Part shown: positions 10,048 to 19,710 of the stretch, in pieces
Numbering within the stretch: the stretch's first letter is position 1
Layout: each line of letters begins with the position of its first letter
The notes under the pieces: generated by a model
What the model was told of the DNA's origin: nothing
What the model saw: the letters and a program-made list of their open reading frames with translations, nothing else
Databases searched by the model: none
Translations under genes and position numbers: made by a program
Source: Ammoniphilus sp.
GTDB taxonomy: Bacteria > Bacillota > Bacilli > Aneurinibacillales > RAOX-1
DNA length: 36,954 nt
Direction of reading: 5' to 3'
NCBI GenBank assembly: GCA_041640415.1
Contig: JBEQAI010000001.1
Coordinates: forward strand, 1-36,954

Positions 10048-11215
10048 AGCACTTGCTCTCCCTTAATTTTTTAATATAACGCTCCAAGCGGTCCATTCCC
10101 TCTTCGAGGACGTCTAGCGAACTGGCATAAGAAATGCGGATATAGCCTTCCCCATAGATGGAAAACGTGCTTCCAGGCACAACCGCGACTCGTTCTTCTT
10201 CGAGCAACCCGATGGCAAAATCGAAAGATCCCATGCCCATCTTTTTAATGGAGGCGAAAAGATAAAAGGCTCCGTTGGGAAGAATCGCATCTATGCCCAT
10301 GCGGGTGAGCCGATCGTGGGTATAATCTCTTCGCTTTTGATACTCTTTCTTCATTTCCTGTGGATCATGAAGTCCATGAGTCAGTGCCTCGAGCGCGGCG
10401 AACTGGCTGATGGTGCAGACCGATATCGTACTGTATAAATGAACTTTCAGCATTTCTTCGCTTAAGTAAGCCGGGGCACAGGTGAACCCAACTCTCCAGC
10501 CTGTCATCGAATGTGATTTTGACACCCCGTTAATCACAATGGTTTTCTCCCGCATCCCCGGTAGAGAGGCGATCGAGATATGCTGACCTTGGTATACCAA
10601 CTCACTGTAGATTTCATCCGAAAGGACAAAGATCTTTTTATCTTGTAAGAGATTGGCCAGTTCAACCAATTTCTCCGCGTCCGTCACGCTTCCTAATGGA
10701 TTAGAGGGGTAAGGCAGCACAATACACCGCGTGCGTTCCGTTATTTTTTCCGCAATGGCATCCGCCGTTACCTGAAATCCGGTATGGGTTGTATCCACAT
10801 AAACGGGAACCGCACCGCAAAGCTCTATTAAAGGTTCATACCCCGGATAGATCGGGACTGGAAGAATGACTTCACAGCCCTCTTCTAAGATCGTTCTAAA
10901 GGCGATATCAAGGGCTTCGCTTGCCCCATTGGTAATAATAATTTCCTTTTCGGGATCATACGAAAGATGATATTTTGTCTGAACAAATTCACTGACGGCT
11001 GATCTTAATTCGATCAGCCCAGCGTTATGGGTGTATCCCGTCTTATTATTTTCAACCGCCCGTATGCCGGCCTGCTTGATATGCTCGGGGGTGGGAAAAT
11101 CCGGCTGCCCAATCGTTAAGTTGATGGCATCGGGAAATTGAGAAACCATATTGGAAAATTGCCGGATGCCCGGCACGGAGAGCTTTTTTACCTTTTTGTT
11201 AATAAGCGACTTCAT
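10034..11215 (-). CDS. patA: PLP-dependent class I/II aminotransferase, PatA/DapX-like
   Basis: GIRQFSN, LTIGQPDFPTP, PYPSNPLG, SDEIYSEL and SKSHSMTGWRVG (PLP Lys). ATG 11215 with RBS GGAGG. Confidence 0.8.
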   Translation of the reverse strand: MKSLINKKVKKLSVPGIRQFSNMVSQFPDAINLTIGQPDFPTPEHIKQAGIRAVENNKTGYTHNAGLIELRSAVSEFVQTKYHLSYDPEKEIIITNGASEALDIAFRTILEEGCEVILPVPIYPGYEPLIELCGAVPVYVDTTHTGFQVTADAIAEKITERTRCIVLPYPSNPLGSVTDAEKLVELANLLQDKKIFVLSDEIYSELVYQGQHISIASLPGMREKTIVINGVSKSHSMTGWRVGFTCAPAYLSEEMLKVHLYSTISVCTISQFAALEALTHGLHDPQEMKKEYQKRRDYTHDRLTRMGIDAILPNGAFYLFASIKKMGMGSFDFAIGLLEEERVAVVPGSTFSIYGEGYIRISYASSLDVLEEGMDRLERYIKKLRESKCYVSV

Positions 11216-11238
11216 CTTAATCCTCCATTTCTGTACCT

Positions 11239-12528
11239 TTACTTGAATAGCGATGGTAACCATGTCGATAGTGTTGGGACATACGTGATGACAAACAAGG
11301 TTATCAGCATCATGATCAAAAATGGAATGACGGCTACAGTTATTCGTTCAAGGGGAACCTTACTTACGCTTGAAGCCACAAATAAATTTACTCCTAGTGG
11401 CGGTGTAATAAAGCCGATCGCCAGATTGGCCACAAGAATCACACCGAAGTGAACGGGATCGACTCCTACTTGTGTTACAACAGGCAGTAAGATCGGCGTT
11501 AAGACGACCAATGCAGAGATGGTATCAATAAACATCCCTACGATTAAAAGAAAGACATTGATCGCTAGAAGAATGACCAGCTTGTTATCCGATAGAGATG
11601 TAATATATTGGCCGATGGCGTTTGGGATTTGCTCTAGTGTCATAATGTAAGCAAAGGAGATCGAGAGACCAATAATAATCATGGTCGAAACATTGATCAG
11701 AACCGCTTCTACTAAACTATCATAGACTTCCTTCCACCCCAGCTCTTTATGCACAAACACTCCGATGAGGGCCGCGTAGACAACGGCAACGACAGCCGCT
11801 TCGGTAGGAGAAAACACCCCTCCGTAGATCCCCCCCAGAATAATGACGGGAATCAGCAAGGCCCACTTGGCTTCATTCACGGCACGTAGTACCTTGCCAA
11901 AGGTTACTCTTTCTGTCGTAACCGGAGCATAGTTATTCTTTTTCGAAATGATATACGAGATGAGCATTAAACCGAAGCTGATGAGCAAACCAGGAAGGAC
12001 ACCCGCCAAGAACATGCTTCCGACTGATACACTTCCGATGACTCCATACAAGACAAAAGGAATACTCGGAGGGATAATGACGCCAATGGAACCCGCCGTG
12101 GCGGTTAGGGCCGCTGCAAAACCGGCACCATATTGCTTTTCTTTCATGGCTGGGACCATGAAGGATCCAATTGCCGCTACCGTAGCGGGACCAGATCCGG
12201 AAATGGCTGCAAAAAACATACAAGCCACAACGGTGACCATGGCAAGGCCTCCGACCATCCAGCCAACGAGAACGGTGGCCAGATCCAACAATCTTTTCGA
12301 AACGCCGCCTTTACCCATTAAGATTCCAGCCAGCATAAAAAACGGAATCGCCATAAGCGGGAAGGAATCAAGGGCCGTAAACGCTTTTTGCGTAATAATG
12401 CTGACCGTCAGGTCTGTGGTGAACGCGATCGTCAGGAGTGCGGATAGGCCTAACGCTATGGCTATAGGGATATTGAGTAAAATGAACAAGAACAGACTTC
12501 CAAACAATGTTGCAATCGTCACGTACAA
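11239..12528 (-). CDS. dctM: TRAP transporter large permease
   Basis: AIPFFMLAG, FAAISGSGPA, IIPPSIP, FSPTEAA, DPVHFG and ITPPLGVNLFV. Confidence 0.95.
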   Translation of the reverse strand: MYVTIATLFGSLFLFILLNIPIAIALGLSALLTIAFTTDLTVSIITQKAFTALDSFPLMAIPFFMLAGILMGKGGVSKRLLDLATVLVGWMVGGLAMVTVVACMFFAAISGSGPATVAAIGSFMVPAMKEKQYGAGFAAALTATAGSIGVIIPPSIPFVLYGVIGSVSVGSMFLAGVLPGLLISFGLMLISYIISKKNNYAPVTTERVTFGKVLRAVNEAKWALLIPVIILGGIYGGVFSPTEAAVVAVVYAALIGVFVHKELGWKEVYDSLVEAVLINVSTMIIIGLSISFAYIMTLEQIPNAIGQYITSLSDNKLVILLAINVFLLIVGMFIDTISALVVLTPILLPVVTQVGVDPVHFGVILVANLAIGFITPPLGVNLFVASSVSKVPLERITVAVIPFLIMMLITLFVITYVPTLSTWLPSLFK

Positions 12529-12545
12529 TCCTCCTTTCTGCTTTT

Positions 12546-13052
12546 TTAAGCGCTTTTTGAATCCGTCACATCTGGAGAGGATTTAGGGCATTGAAATAAC
12601 CAGATGACTTGCTGAATGAGCCGGATGGACATTAGGAGTCCACCGAGAGGAATGGCGGAGAAAAGAATCCACATGGGGATTTCCATCGCGGGTGAGGTTT
12701 GGCCCCGCTCGAACATCTTCATCACCATCTGTGTTCCCTGTATCGCGAGAAATAAAGAAAGACCAAACCAAGCCAATAACGCAAAAAGATCGATGATCTT
12801 TTGGATTTTTTCATTAAATATTTTCTTGAATGCCTCGACTTTGATATGGGCACTTTTACGGACGGCATAACTCGCACCAATCCACACCTGCCATATATGG
12901 ATATAACGGGCAAGCTCCTCGGACCAACTTAAGGAAGATCCTATAATGTAACGGCTGATGACTTGAGAAAAGATGAGAATTACCATCAGGACCATAGTAA
13001 AGACGAGGAAGCCCTCTTCCAATTTTTCATCTAGCAATTTTCGAATAGACAC
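12546..13052 (-). CDS. dctQ: TRAP transporter small permease
   Basis: QVISRY..SWSEELARY..HIKVE and GQTSPAMEIPMW; 4 TMs. Likely GTG start at 13052. Confidence 0.92.
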   Translation of the reverse strand: MSIRKLLDEKLEEGFLVFTMVLMVILIFSQVISRYIIGSSLSWSEELARYIHIWQVWIGASYAVRKSAHIKVEAFKKIFNEKIQKIIDLFALLAWFGLSLFLAIQGTQMVMKMFERGQTSPAMEIPMWILFSAIPLGGLLMSIRLIQQVIWLFQCPKSSPDVTDSKSA

Positions 13053-13086
13053 AAGTGTCCTCCCCTCTACCATCATGTATGATAAA

Positions 13087-13112
13087 GGGATTCCGCCCTA
13101 GCGGAATCCCTC
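13087..13112. other. Intercistronic stem-loop between dctP and dctQ (mRNA stabiliser or partial attenuator)
   Basis: AGGGATTCCGC-CCTA-GCGGAATCCCT inverted repeat. Confidence 0.6.
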
Positions 13113-13118
13113 TGGCCA

Positions 13119-14171
13119 TTATTCGTTTGACTTTAATGCGAGATCAATCAAGTCTTGTCCAATCTCAGAAGCGAACTTCTCATAGACTGGCTTGGAAGCG
13201 GCAACAAAGGCATCCTTTTGCTCAGATGTTAATTCGTTTACTTCCATGCCGCTTGCCTTCAAGTCGGCTAAAAACTTTCCATTTTGTTCTTCACATACTT
13301 GGCGCTGGTAATCACGAAACTCCACGCTGGCTTCTTCGATTATCTGTTGGACGTCAGCAGGCAAGCTGTTATAGAAGTCCAAATTGGATAATAAAATCGT
13401 GGACATGTACACGTGACCGCTTAAGGTCAAATATTTCTGTACTTCATAGAATTTGTTGGTGTAGTAAAGAGAAATCGGGCATTCCATGGCATCATATACC
13501 TTTTGTTGCAAAGCCGTGTATAATTCCCCAAAAGCAAATGGAGAGGCATTCGCTCCAAAGGCATTAAATGTCGCGGTATGTACCGGACTTTCCAAGGTAC
13601 GGAATTTAATCCCTTTTAGATCCTCAGGACTTTGGATGGGCTTCACATTATTGGACATGTGACGGAAACCGTTTTCCGCAAAAACGAGTCCTTTAAAACC
13701 GTTTCCTTCTAAATCCTTAAGCAAAGTCGAACCCAGTTCTCCATCTAAGGCATTTCGGGCAGCCTGCTCACTCTTGAATAGGAAAGGCAAGTCAAAAACC
13801 ATGAATTTTTTGTTGAAACCGGAAATCGGGGCTAAGGCCGGCAAAGTCATTTCTACGTTTCCAAGCTGAACCGCTTCAATGGCCTCACGGTCTGATGGGA
13901 ATAAAGATCCGTTGGGATACAGCGTGACTTTTACTCTTCCTTCGGTTTTCGTTTCGACGGTTTCTTTAAACTTCTCTAAAGCAATATGACTCGAATGATT
14001 TTCTGGAACCAAGTGGGCAATGCGAAGATTAAATTCCCCTGATTTCGCCGCGGCTGGCGCTGCACTTGAATTGGAATCTGATGCTGCAGGCTGGCCTTGG
14101 CTTGTGCCCCCTCCACAAGCGGTAAGAAGCAAAAGAGCAGATGCAATGACAAATGACGTTAACTTTTTCAT
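13119..14171 (-). CDS. dctP: TRAP substrate-binding lipoprotein
   Basis: LTAC lipobox, FDLPFLF, ENGFRH, DLKGIKFR and GELYTALQ. ATG 14171 with RBS AGGAGG. Confidence 0.93.
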   Translation of the reverse strand: MKKLTSFVIASALLLLTACGGGTSQGQPAASDSNSSAAPAAAKSGEFNLRIAHLVPENHSSHIALEKFKETVETKTEGRVKVTLYPNGSLFPSDREAIEAVQLGNVEMTLPALAPISGFNKKFMVFDLPFLFKSEQAARNALDGELGSTLLKDLEGNGFKGLVFAENGFRHMSNNVKPIQSPEDLKGIKFRTLESPVHTATFNAFGANASPFAFGELYTALQQKVYDAMECPISLYYTNKFYEVQKYLTLSGHVYMSTILLSNLDFYNSLPADVQQIIEEASVEFRDYQRQVCEEQNGKFLADLKASGMEVNELTSEQKDAFVAASKPVYEKFASEIGQDLIDLALKSNE

Positions 14172-14172
14172 A

Positions 14173-14841
14173 CTATTCCTCCTGGGCAACTGGTTTTAGT
14201 CTTGCTTCGATATTCTGTATATGGATTTTCATTGCTTCCCCTGCTTGCTCGGGTTGGCGATGACGAAGCGCCTCAATAATAGGCAGATGTTCTGAGAAAG
14301 CAATGGCTGCGTACTCTTCTAGAGTCCCAGAAAGGATCAAATAGTTCCGATAAAAATTCGTGTTAAGTTGTTCAATAAATTCTCTCAGTTTATGGTTGCG
14401 GTTGATCTCCGCTAGCTGAATATGAAACTGACTGTCGCTCTCTATGAATTGGTACATATCATGTTGCTCGATGGCCTCTTTCTGCACTTGGATCAATTGT
14501 TCGAGCTCGTCCAACTGTTCATCAGTAATATAAGAAGCAATCTGTTGGGCATTAAAGGGCTCGAGCAGTTGGCGCAGCTGCAGAAAATGATCCAAATCTA
14601 CCAGGCTATATTCGGCGACTCTCGCCTTTTTCCCCGTTTCTAGTACAATCAATCCATCATAGGCCAATCTCGTGATGGCTTTACGAAGGGGTGTGCGGCT
14701 AATTCCCAGCATGGCCGCAACCGATTCCTCGGGCAAAGGGTCTCCGGGTAGAAACTCTCCTTGGATGATCGCTCTCTTCAACTCACGGTATGCGCGATCT
14801 GACAGTGTTTCTGTTTGTTGTAACTTCGTGAGCACGACCAA
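14173..14841 (-). CDS. GntR/FCD-family transcriptional regulator
   Basis: LSDRAYRELKRAII..PG..LGISRTPLRKA HTH; FCD motifs D.QFH and EH..IIEAL. Confidence 0.92.
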   Translation of the reverse strand: MVVLTKLQQTETLSDRAYRELKRAIIQGEFLPGDPLPEESVAAMLGISRTPLRKAITRLAYDGLIVLETGKKARVAEYSLVDLDHFLQLRQLLEPFNAQQIASYITDEQLDELEQLIQVQKEAIEQHDMYQFIESDSQFHIQLAEINRNHKLREFIEQLNTNFYRNYLILSGTLEEYAAIAFSEHLPIIEALRHRQPEQAGEAMKIHIQNIEARLKPVAQEE

Positions 14842-14861
14842 ATCTCCCCCCTTAGTACTTT

Positions 14862-14917
14862 CTGTATACAGGATCCTGTATACAGTTTAGTATAAGGTGA
14901 CATTATGCAAAAGTAAA
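14862..14917 (-). promoter_or_regulatory. sigmaA promoter (TTTACT-17-TATACT) with perfect 24-bp palindromic operator
   Basis: -35 at 14912-14917, -10 at 14889-14894; CTGTATACAG-GATC-CTGTATACAG at 14862-14885 overlaps the predicted +1. Confidence 0.75.
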
Positions 14918-15034
14918 TTATTTTCTTTATATTTTTGGTTATTTTCTAATTGAATGTAATCACATTAGTTTGTAAATGGAAAAAAAGGAGAAATAGCCCT
15001 GTCCAAGAAATGGTCTTGGTTAGGGCTTTCATTG

Positions 15035-16246
15035 TTATTCTATTTCTCTAAGAACTTTACCAAGGATTTTAATTCCTTCGACGATATTCTTTTCATCAGC
15101 ATAGCTGAAGGAAAGTCGTAAAAAACCTGTTCCCTCTTCTTGATTTAAGAAGAAATATTTTCCAGGTATAAAGGATACTCCTTCTTGCGATGCTTGAGCT
15201 AATAACGCGGAAGTATCGGCTGCCACTTTGAGCCAAACAAAATAGCCGCCCTCTGGAATATACCAGGAGACCGATTTCGGCACGTATTCTTCTAGTGCAG
15301 AAAGTAAGACGGAGCATTTGGCCTGGTAGGTGGCTCTTAGGGTTTCTAATCGCTCTTTCATATCCGTTCGCTCTAGATAGGCAGCCATCGTGGCTTGAGC
15401 AAAGGGATGGCCCAGATCCTTTTTAAACCAAGCCATAGCCGAAATAAATTCAGGTGCTGCCACTGTCCATCCAATTCGCATTCCAGGGGCTACAACTTTA
15501 GATAATGAACCCACATGAAGAACACGGCCATCCGGATCCATGGCTTTTAATGGAATTGAATGCTTGTTAAAGTACAATTCCCCATAGGCATCATCTTCTA
15601 AAATCAGGAAGTTATACTTCACCGCTAACTCCAGGACATGCTTCCGTCGCTTTTCCGTCATCGTTGTGCCTGTTGGATTTTGAAACGTTGGAATCGTATA
15701 TAAAAAACGTGGAAGACTGAGTCCTTTTCGCTTCCTTTCTTCTAGTAAGTTTTCTAAGAGATCCGTTTGTAGTCCATACTCATCCACTGGAATGCTAATA
15801 AAATGATGGGTGTAGTTTTGAAAAATCTCTATCGCTTCCATATAGGTGGGTGCTTCGATGGCAACCAGAGTTTGATCGTCGATGAGAATACGAGCAATGA
15901 GATCAATCGCCTGGCATGCACCTGATGTGATTAACAGCTCTTTTTCTGAAACCTGTATACCACGCACGCTCAACCTTTCTTGGATCAGATTATCCAGTTT
16001 TTTCTTTTTAGGACTTCCTAAATAATGCAAGGGTAGATCCTTCTCTTCTTCAAGCAGGCTGGCTACTGCTGCCTTGATCTCTTCATCAGGTACTAGATGG
16101 GGTGCCGGGTAACCAGAACTTAGACGGATGCACCCATCTGGAATCTTTGGCATCCACTCCCCTGGTGGATCGTTCTGAAGGGCTTCTTTACTATGTTTAG
16201 AAAAAAAAGAATCGACATTCACGTTATCATTCACCTTTCGTTTCAT
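15035..16246 (-). CDS. PLP-dependent aminotransferase (MocR/LysN-like, no HTH)
   Basis: ITSGACQAIDL, EAPTY, IPTFQNPTG, EDDAYGEL and SLSKVVAPGMRIGW. The true start may be GTG 16222 (RBS AAAGGTGA). Confidence 0.88.
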   Translation of the reverse strand: MKRKVNDNVNVDSFFSKHSKEALQNDPPGEWMPKIPDGCIRLSSGYPAPHLVPDEEIKAAVASLLEEEKDLPLHYLGSPKKKKLDNLIQERLSVRGIQVSEKELLITSGACQAIDLIARILIDDQTLVAIEAPTYMEAIEIFQNYTHHFISIPVDEYGLQTDLLENLLEERKRKGLSLPRFLYTIPTFQNPTGTTMTEKRRKHVLELAVKYNFLILEDDAYGELYFNKHSIPLKAMDPDGRVLHVGSLSKVVAPGMRIGWTVAAPEFISAMAWFKKDLGHPFAQATMAAYLERTDMKERLETLRATYQAKCSVLLSALEEYVPKSVSWYIPEGGYFVWLKVAADTSALLAQASQEGVSFIPGKYFFLNQEEGTGFLRLSFSYADEKNIVEGIKILGKVLREIE

Positions 16247-16271
16247 TCACGTTCGTTTTAAAAACAAATAG

Positions 16272-16297
16272 AAAGCATTGGTAGATACCAATGCTTT
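16272..16297. terminator. Stem-loop/terminator after the YjiH-like gene
   Basis: AAAGCATTGG-TAGATA-CCAATGCTTT. Confidence 0.6.
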
Positions 16298-16341
16298 TTC
16301 TCCTATATTAAACTATTACTTTATTTCGATTCAAATGAATT

Positions 16342-17730
16342 CTAGAAGAATAAAAAGTGTGCCATGGCAGCAGCGACCGGCAGCGTAATGATGGTTCGTT
16401 GCAAAAAGATAAGAAATAATTGCACAAAGGTAAGAGGAATTTTCGATTTCAATAAGAGAATTCCAATTTCAGACATATAAATCAACTGGGTTAAAGACAT
16501 TACACCAATAACAAAACGCGTAAGCTCCGACTCAATTCCACTCCCAATAACAGCAGGCAGAAACATATCAGCAAAACCGACAATCATAGCTGGAGCAGCT
16601 GCTTGTGCCTCAGGGATCTGCAATAACTGTAAGAATGGGACAAAAGGATAAGATAGGTATTTAAAGATCGGGGTATATTCGGCCATAACAAGAGCCATCG
16701 TCCCTAAGGCCATCACCAAGGGAATTAAGGCAAACCAAATATCAACAACATTTAGAATTCCGCTTTTGACCACGCTGCGGTAACTCTTGACTTGACTAGC
16801 CTTTTCAACCGCTTGCTCGACTCCCCAACGGAAACTGGATACTCCTTCTGGAACAACTTCATCAATTTGCTTTCCAACAGGCTCATAATACGTATCTTTT
16901 TTTAATGACAGCGGCGGGATTCTCGGACAGATGATCGCGGCAATAATTCCCGTTACAATCACCGTAAAGTAAAATTGTACAAACATATGATCGATCTTCA
17001 AAAATTTAGCAATGACAAGGCTAAAAGCAATCGATGCAATGGAAAAGTTGGTTGCCACAACCGCTGCTTCTCGTTTCGTATAGTAGCCTGATTCATACTG
17101 TTGCGTCGTTAATAAGACACCTACGGTACCGCTCCCCATCCAGGAGGCTAAGGCATCAACAGAGGAACGGCCAGGAAGTTTAAATAAAGGATACATGACT
17201 TTACGTACTAAGGTTCCGATAAAATCCATCAACCCAAACTGAAGCAAAAGCGGCATAAATAAACAAGCAAATAAGAACCAAACCATCAATACGGGAATTA
17301 AATCATACAGCACAACCCCGCCGGTATACTTTGACCATATAAATTCAGGTCCTACTTGATTTAAGGTAAAAACAGCAAATACCGCACCCATGATTCGAAG
17401 TACTAACCAAAAAGGTGTAATGTTAAATACACTATTTAAAAATGGACTCTTCATCACAGCTTGAGGCTTATAAAACGTAATGACTAAACTACCAATCGCT
17501 GATAGACAAAGAATACTCGTCATCATGAAAGGAATATAATCTGCGATGGCACCCTGCAGCGCATCCGCTAATACCCCTAGTCCAATCGTTACCTTATCAT
17601 TAATGGAAATTGGCACTAAAAATAGCAAAACCCCAAGTAATGAAGGTAACCAAAACTTCATATATTGCTTCGCTGTATACTCTTTTTCCTTTTTAAATAC
17701 TTCTACCGTTTGTAGTTTCTGTACCCCCAT
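16342..17730 (-). CDS. YjiH-family (Gate-domain) membrane transporter
   Basis: PLFKLPGRSSVDALASWMG, GYYTKREAAVVATNFS, VGFADMFLP and QLIYMSEIG. ATG 17730 with RBS GAGAGG. Confidence 0.8.
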   Translation of the reverse strand: MGVQKLQTVEVFKKEKEYTAKQYMKFWLPSLLGVLLFLVPISINDKVTIGLGVLADALQGAIADYIPFMMTSILCLSAIGSLVITFYKPQAVMKSPFLNSVFNITPFWLVLRIMGAVFAVFTLNQVGPEFIWSKYTGGVVLYDLIPVLMVWFLFACLFMPLLLQFGLMDFIGTLVRKVMYPLFKLPGRSSVDALASWMGSGTVGVLLTTQQYESGYYTKREAAVVATNFSIASIAFSLVIAKFLKIDHMFVQFYFTVIVTGIIAAIICPRIPPLSLKKDTYYEPVGKQIDEVVPEGVSSFRWGVEQAVEKASQVKSYRSVVKSGILNVVDIWFALIPLVMALGTMALVMAEYTPIFKYLSYPFVPFLQLLQIPEAQAAAPAMIVGFADMFLPAVIGSGIESELTRFVIGVMSLTQLIYMSEIGILLLKSKIPLTFVQLFLIFLQRTIITLPVAAAMAHFLFF

Positions 17731-17806
17731 TTTGCCTCTCTCCCACTTCTGCAAATTCACGTTAGTTAAATTACTTTATAGAACAATTAGTAATATATCA
17801 TTGATT

Positions 17807-17820
17807 TGAATAAATATGCA
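17807..17820. promoter_or_regulatory. ARG box (ArgR/AhrC site)
   Basis: TGAATAAATATGCA matches the Bacillus ARG-box consensus TGAAT-N4-AT(G/T)CA and lies ~80 bp upstream of the YjiH-like start. Confidence 0.6.
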
Positions 17821-17870
17821 ATATTATTATTCGAATTTATAAATTCATGGAATAACAATCAAACATCTAG

Positions 17871-17906
17871 AACCCTATCCAACACCATAGAGTGGATAGG
17901 GTTTTT
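17871..17906. terminator. Stem-loop/terminator downstream of the selA-ORF68 unit
   Basis: AACCCTATCCA..TGGATAGGGTT inverted repeat; the T-run is on the plus-strand side. Confidence 0.55.
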
Positions 17907-18008
17907 TAGGTTGTAATATTCCACGTCATCAATGCTTAGTAAAACTAGACGAACCATTTCATTCATTAGGTATACTCTTAATTCTAGTACTTGTTTTTAT
18001 ATTAAATC

Positions 18009-18215
18009 TTACCCTATCTTGTAAACGCTTTTACTATTGTGTAGTGAAATTAGCTCCTTCGTTGAAAGTGACTTCTCTGAAAAGTAATCTGAAATTAGCT
18101 CAAGACAATTTTGAGTTCTTTTTAAATACCTAATGTCGCCAAGTTCAAGATAGATATCATAGTACTCAAAGTAAACTTTTAATAGAGCTGTGATCACCTC
18201 ATGCTCAGGCTTCAT
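18009..18215 (-). CDS. Hypothetical protein (68 aa) directly downstream of selA
   Basis: Strong RBS AGGAGG abutting the selA stop; no recognisable motif. Confidence 0.55.
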   Translation of the reverse strand: MKPEHEVITALLKVYFEYYDIYLELGDIRYLKRTQNCLELISDYFSEKSLSTKELISLHNSKSVYKIG

Positions 18216-18231
18216 TTAACCGTCGCCTCCT

Positions 18232-19626
18232 TCAACTTTGGTGGTTTTCAGGTACCCTTTGTTTCACAATTTGAGCTAATCGGTATAGATCTTTTTCTTC
18301 AATGGTACGAAAATCTAACAAGAACTGATCTTTAGCAATTCTTCCAATAATAGAAGGCGATCCGATTCTCAGCTTTTTCTCCACGATATGGGCTGGAAGG
18401 GAGGAATGTCTTAATACAGCAACCACAGTTGGAAGTTTAACGTCAGGAAGGCTTCCCCCGCCTACTTCTGTTTCCATCTGACATAACTCTATATCATATT
18501 CTGGAAGTAAAGCACGGAAACGCTCTGCTCGCTCCTGCAATTCTTCAACGGGCTGGAGGATCGATCGCAATGCAGGAATGCTTTGTTTTGCTTTAACAGG
18601 GTCAAGATAAAGACGAAGGGTTGCCTCTAGTGCTGCGAGCGTCACTTTATCCACCCTAAGCATGCGTGCAAGCTGGTTCTTTTTCATTCGGTCAATCCAC
18701 TTTTTCTTGCCAACGATGATGCCAGCTTGCGGACCCCCTAAAAGTTTATCTCCACTAAAGCTAACAATGTCTGCTCCATCTTTGATACTTTCTTGAATAA
18801 TCGGCTCCCGACCAATCCCATGCTTCCTCAAATCATATATAACACCGCTTCCCAAGTCTTCATAGACAGGAATATCATATTGTTTACCCAATCCTGCAAG
18901 TTCCTCTACTGATATGGCTTGGGTAAAACCTGAAACACAGAAGTTGCTTGTATGAACTTTCATAAGCAAAGCGGTATGAGCTCCTATGGCCTTTTCATAG
19001 TCGATCTTATGGGTTTTATTGGTTGTCCCTACCTCGCGAAGAATCGCTCCGCTTTCGGACATAATTTCGGATACACGGAAAGAACCGCCGATTTCTATGA
19101 TTTCCCCCCTCGATACGATTACCTCTCTGCCTTTCGCTATTTCTCTTAGAATAAGAAATACTGCTGCAGCATTATTATTCACGACCATAGCAGCCTCTGC
19201 ACCCGTCAACGTCTTTAGAATGTTTTCAACGATATCATGCCTAGATCCTCGTGATCCCAGCTCTATATTATATTCTAGATTACAGTATCCTCCTGCTACC
19301 TTGATCATGTGATCAATCGCTTCGTCAGGCAGCACAGCTCTTCCTAAATTGGTATGAAGAATAATTCCAGTTCCATTCATAACTTCTTTAAGATGAAAGT
19401 TTAGGGTATGTTCTATTCTGGCTTTTACATCCTTTATGATCTTGTCAAGATCGACTTCTTTCACTTCACCTTCTCTAATTCGGCTTCTCCATATGTTTAG
19501 TACTTCCCTTGTTACCTGCAAAAGAAGGGTTGAGGGAATCTTTTGATCGGTGCATGCTTTCAACTTGGGATGATTAATAATAACTTGAGTGGCTGGTAAA
19601 TCTCTTAACATGACGCTTGTGCTCAT
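18232..19626 (-). CDS. selA: L-seryl-tRNA(Sec) selenium transferase (selenocysteine synthase)
   Basis: NGTGIILHTNLGRA, VNNNAAA, SRGEIIEIGGSFR, EVGTTNKTH, DLGSG and FSGDKLLGGPQAG. Confidence 0.98.
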   Translation of the reverse strand: MSTSVMLRDLPATQVIINHPKLKACTDQKIPSTLLLQVTREVLNIWRSRIREGEVKEVDLDKIIKDVKARIEHTLNFHLKEVMNGTGIILHTNLGRAVLPDEAIDHMIKVAGGYCNLEYNIELGSRGSRHDIVENILKTLTGAEAAMVVNNNAAAVFLILREIAKGREVIVSRGEIIEIGGSFRVSEIMSESGAILREVGTTNKTHKIDYEKAIGAHTALLMKVHTSNFCVSGFTQAISVEELAGLGKQYDIPVYEDLGSGVIYDLRKHGIGREPIIQESIKDGADIVSFSGDKLLGGPQAGIIVGKKKWIDRMKKNQLARMLRVDKVTLAALEATLRLYLDPVKAKQSIPALRSILQPVEELQERAERFRALLPEYDIELCQMETEVGGGSLPDVKLPTVVAVLRHSSLPAHIVEKKLRIGSPSIIGRIAKDQFLLDFRTIEEKDLYRLAQIVKQRVPENHQS

Positions 19627-19651
19627 TTAAGCCTACTCCTTCCTTCCATCT

Positions 19652-19697
19652 AAAAAAATAAAGGTCCCAAGGTAATGTGAAATTACCATTGGGACCT
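19652..19697 (-). terminator. Intrinsic terminator between tRNA-Sec and selA
   Basis: Minus strand AGGTCCCAATGGTAAT-TTCAC-ATTACCTTGGGACCT followed by TTATTTTTTT. Confidence 0.75.
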
Positions 19698-19710
19698 ACT
19701 TCGTTGAGGT

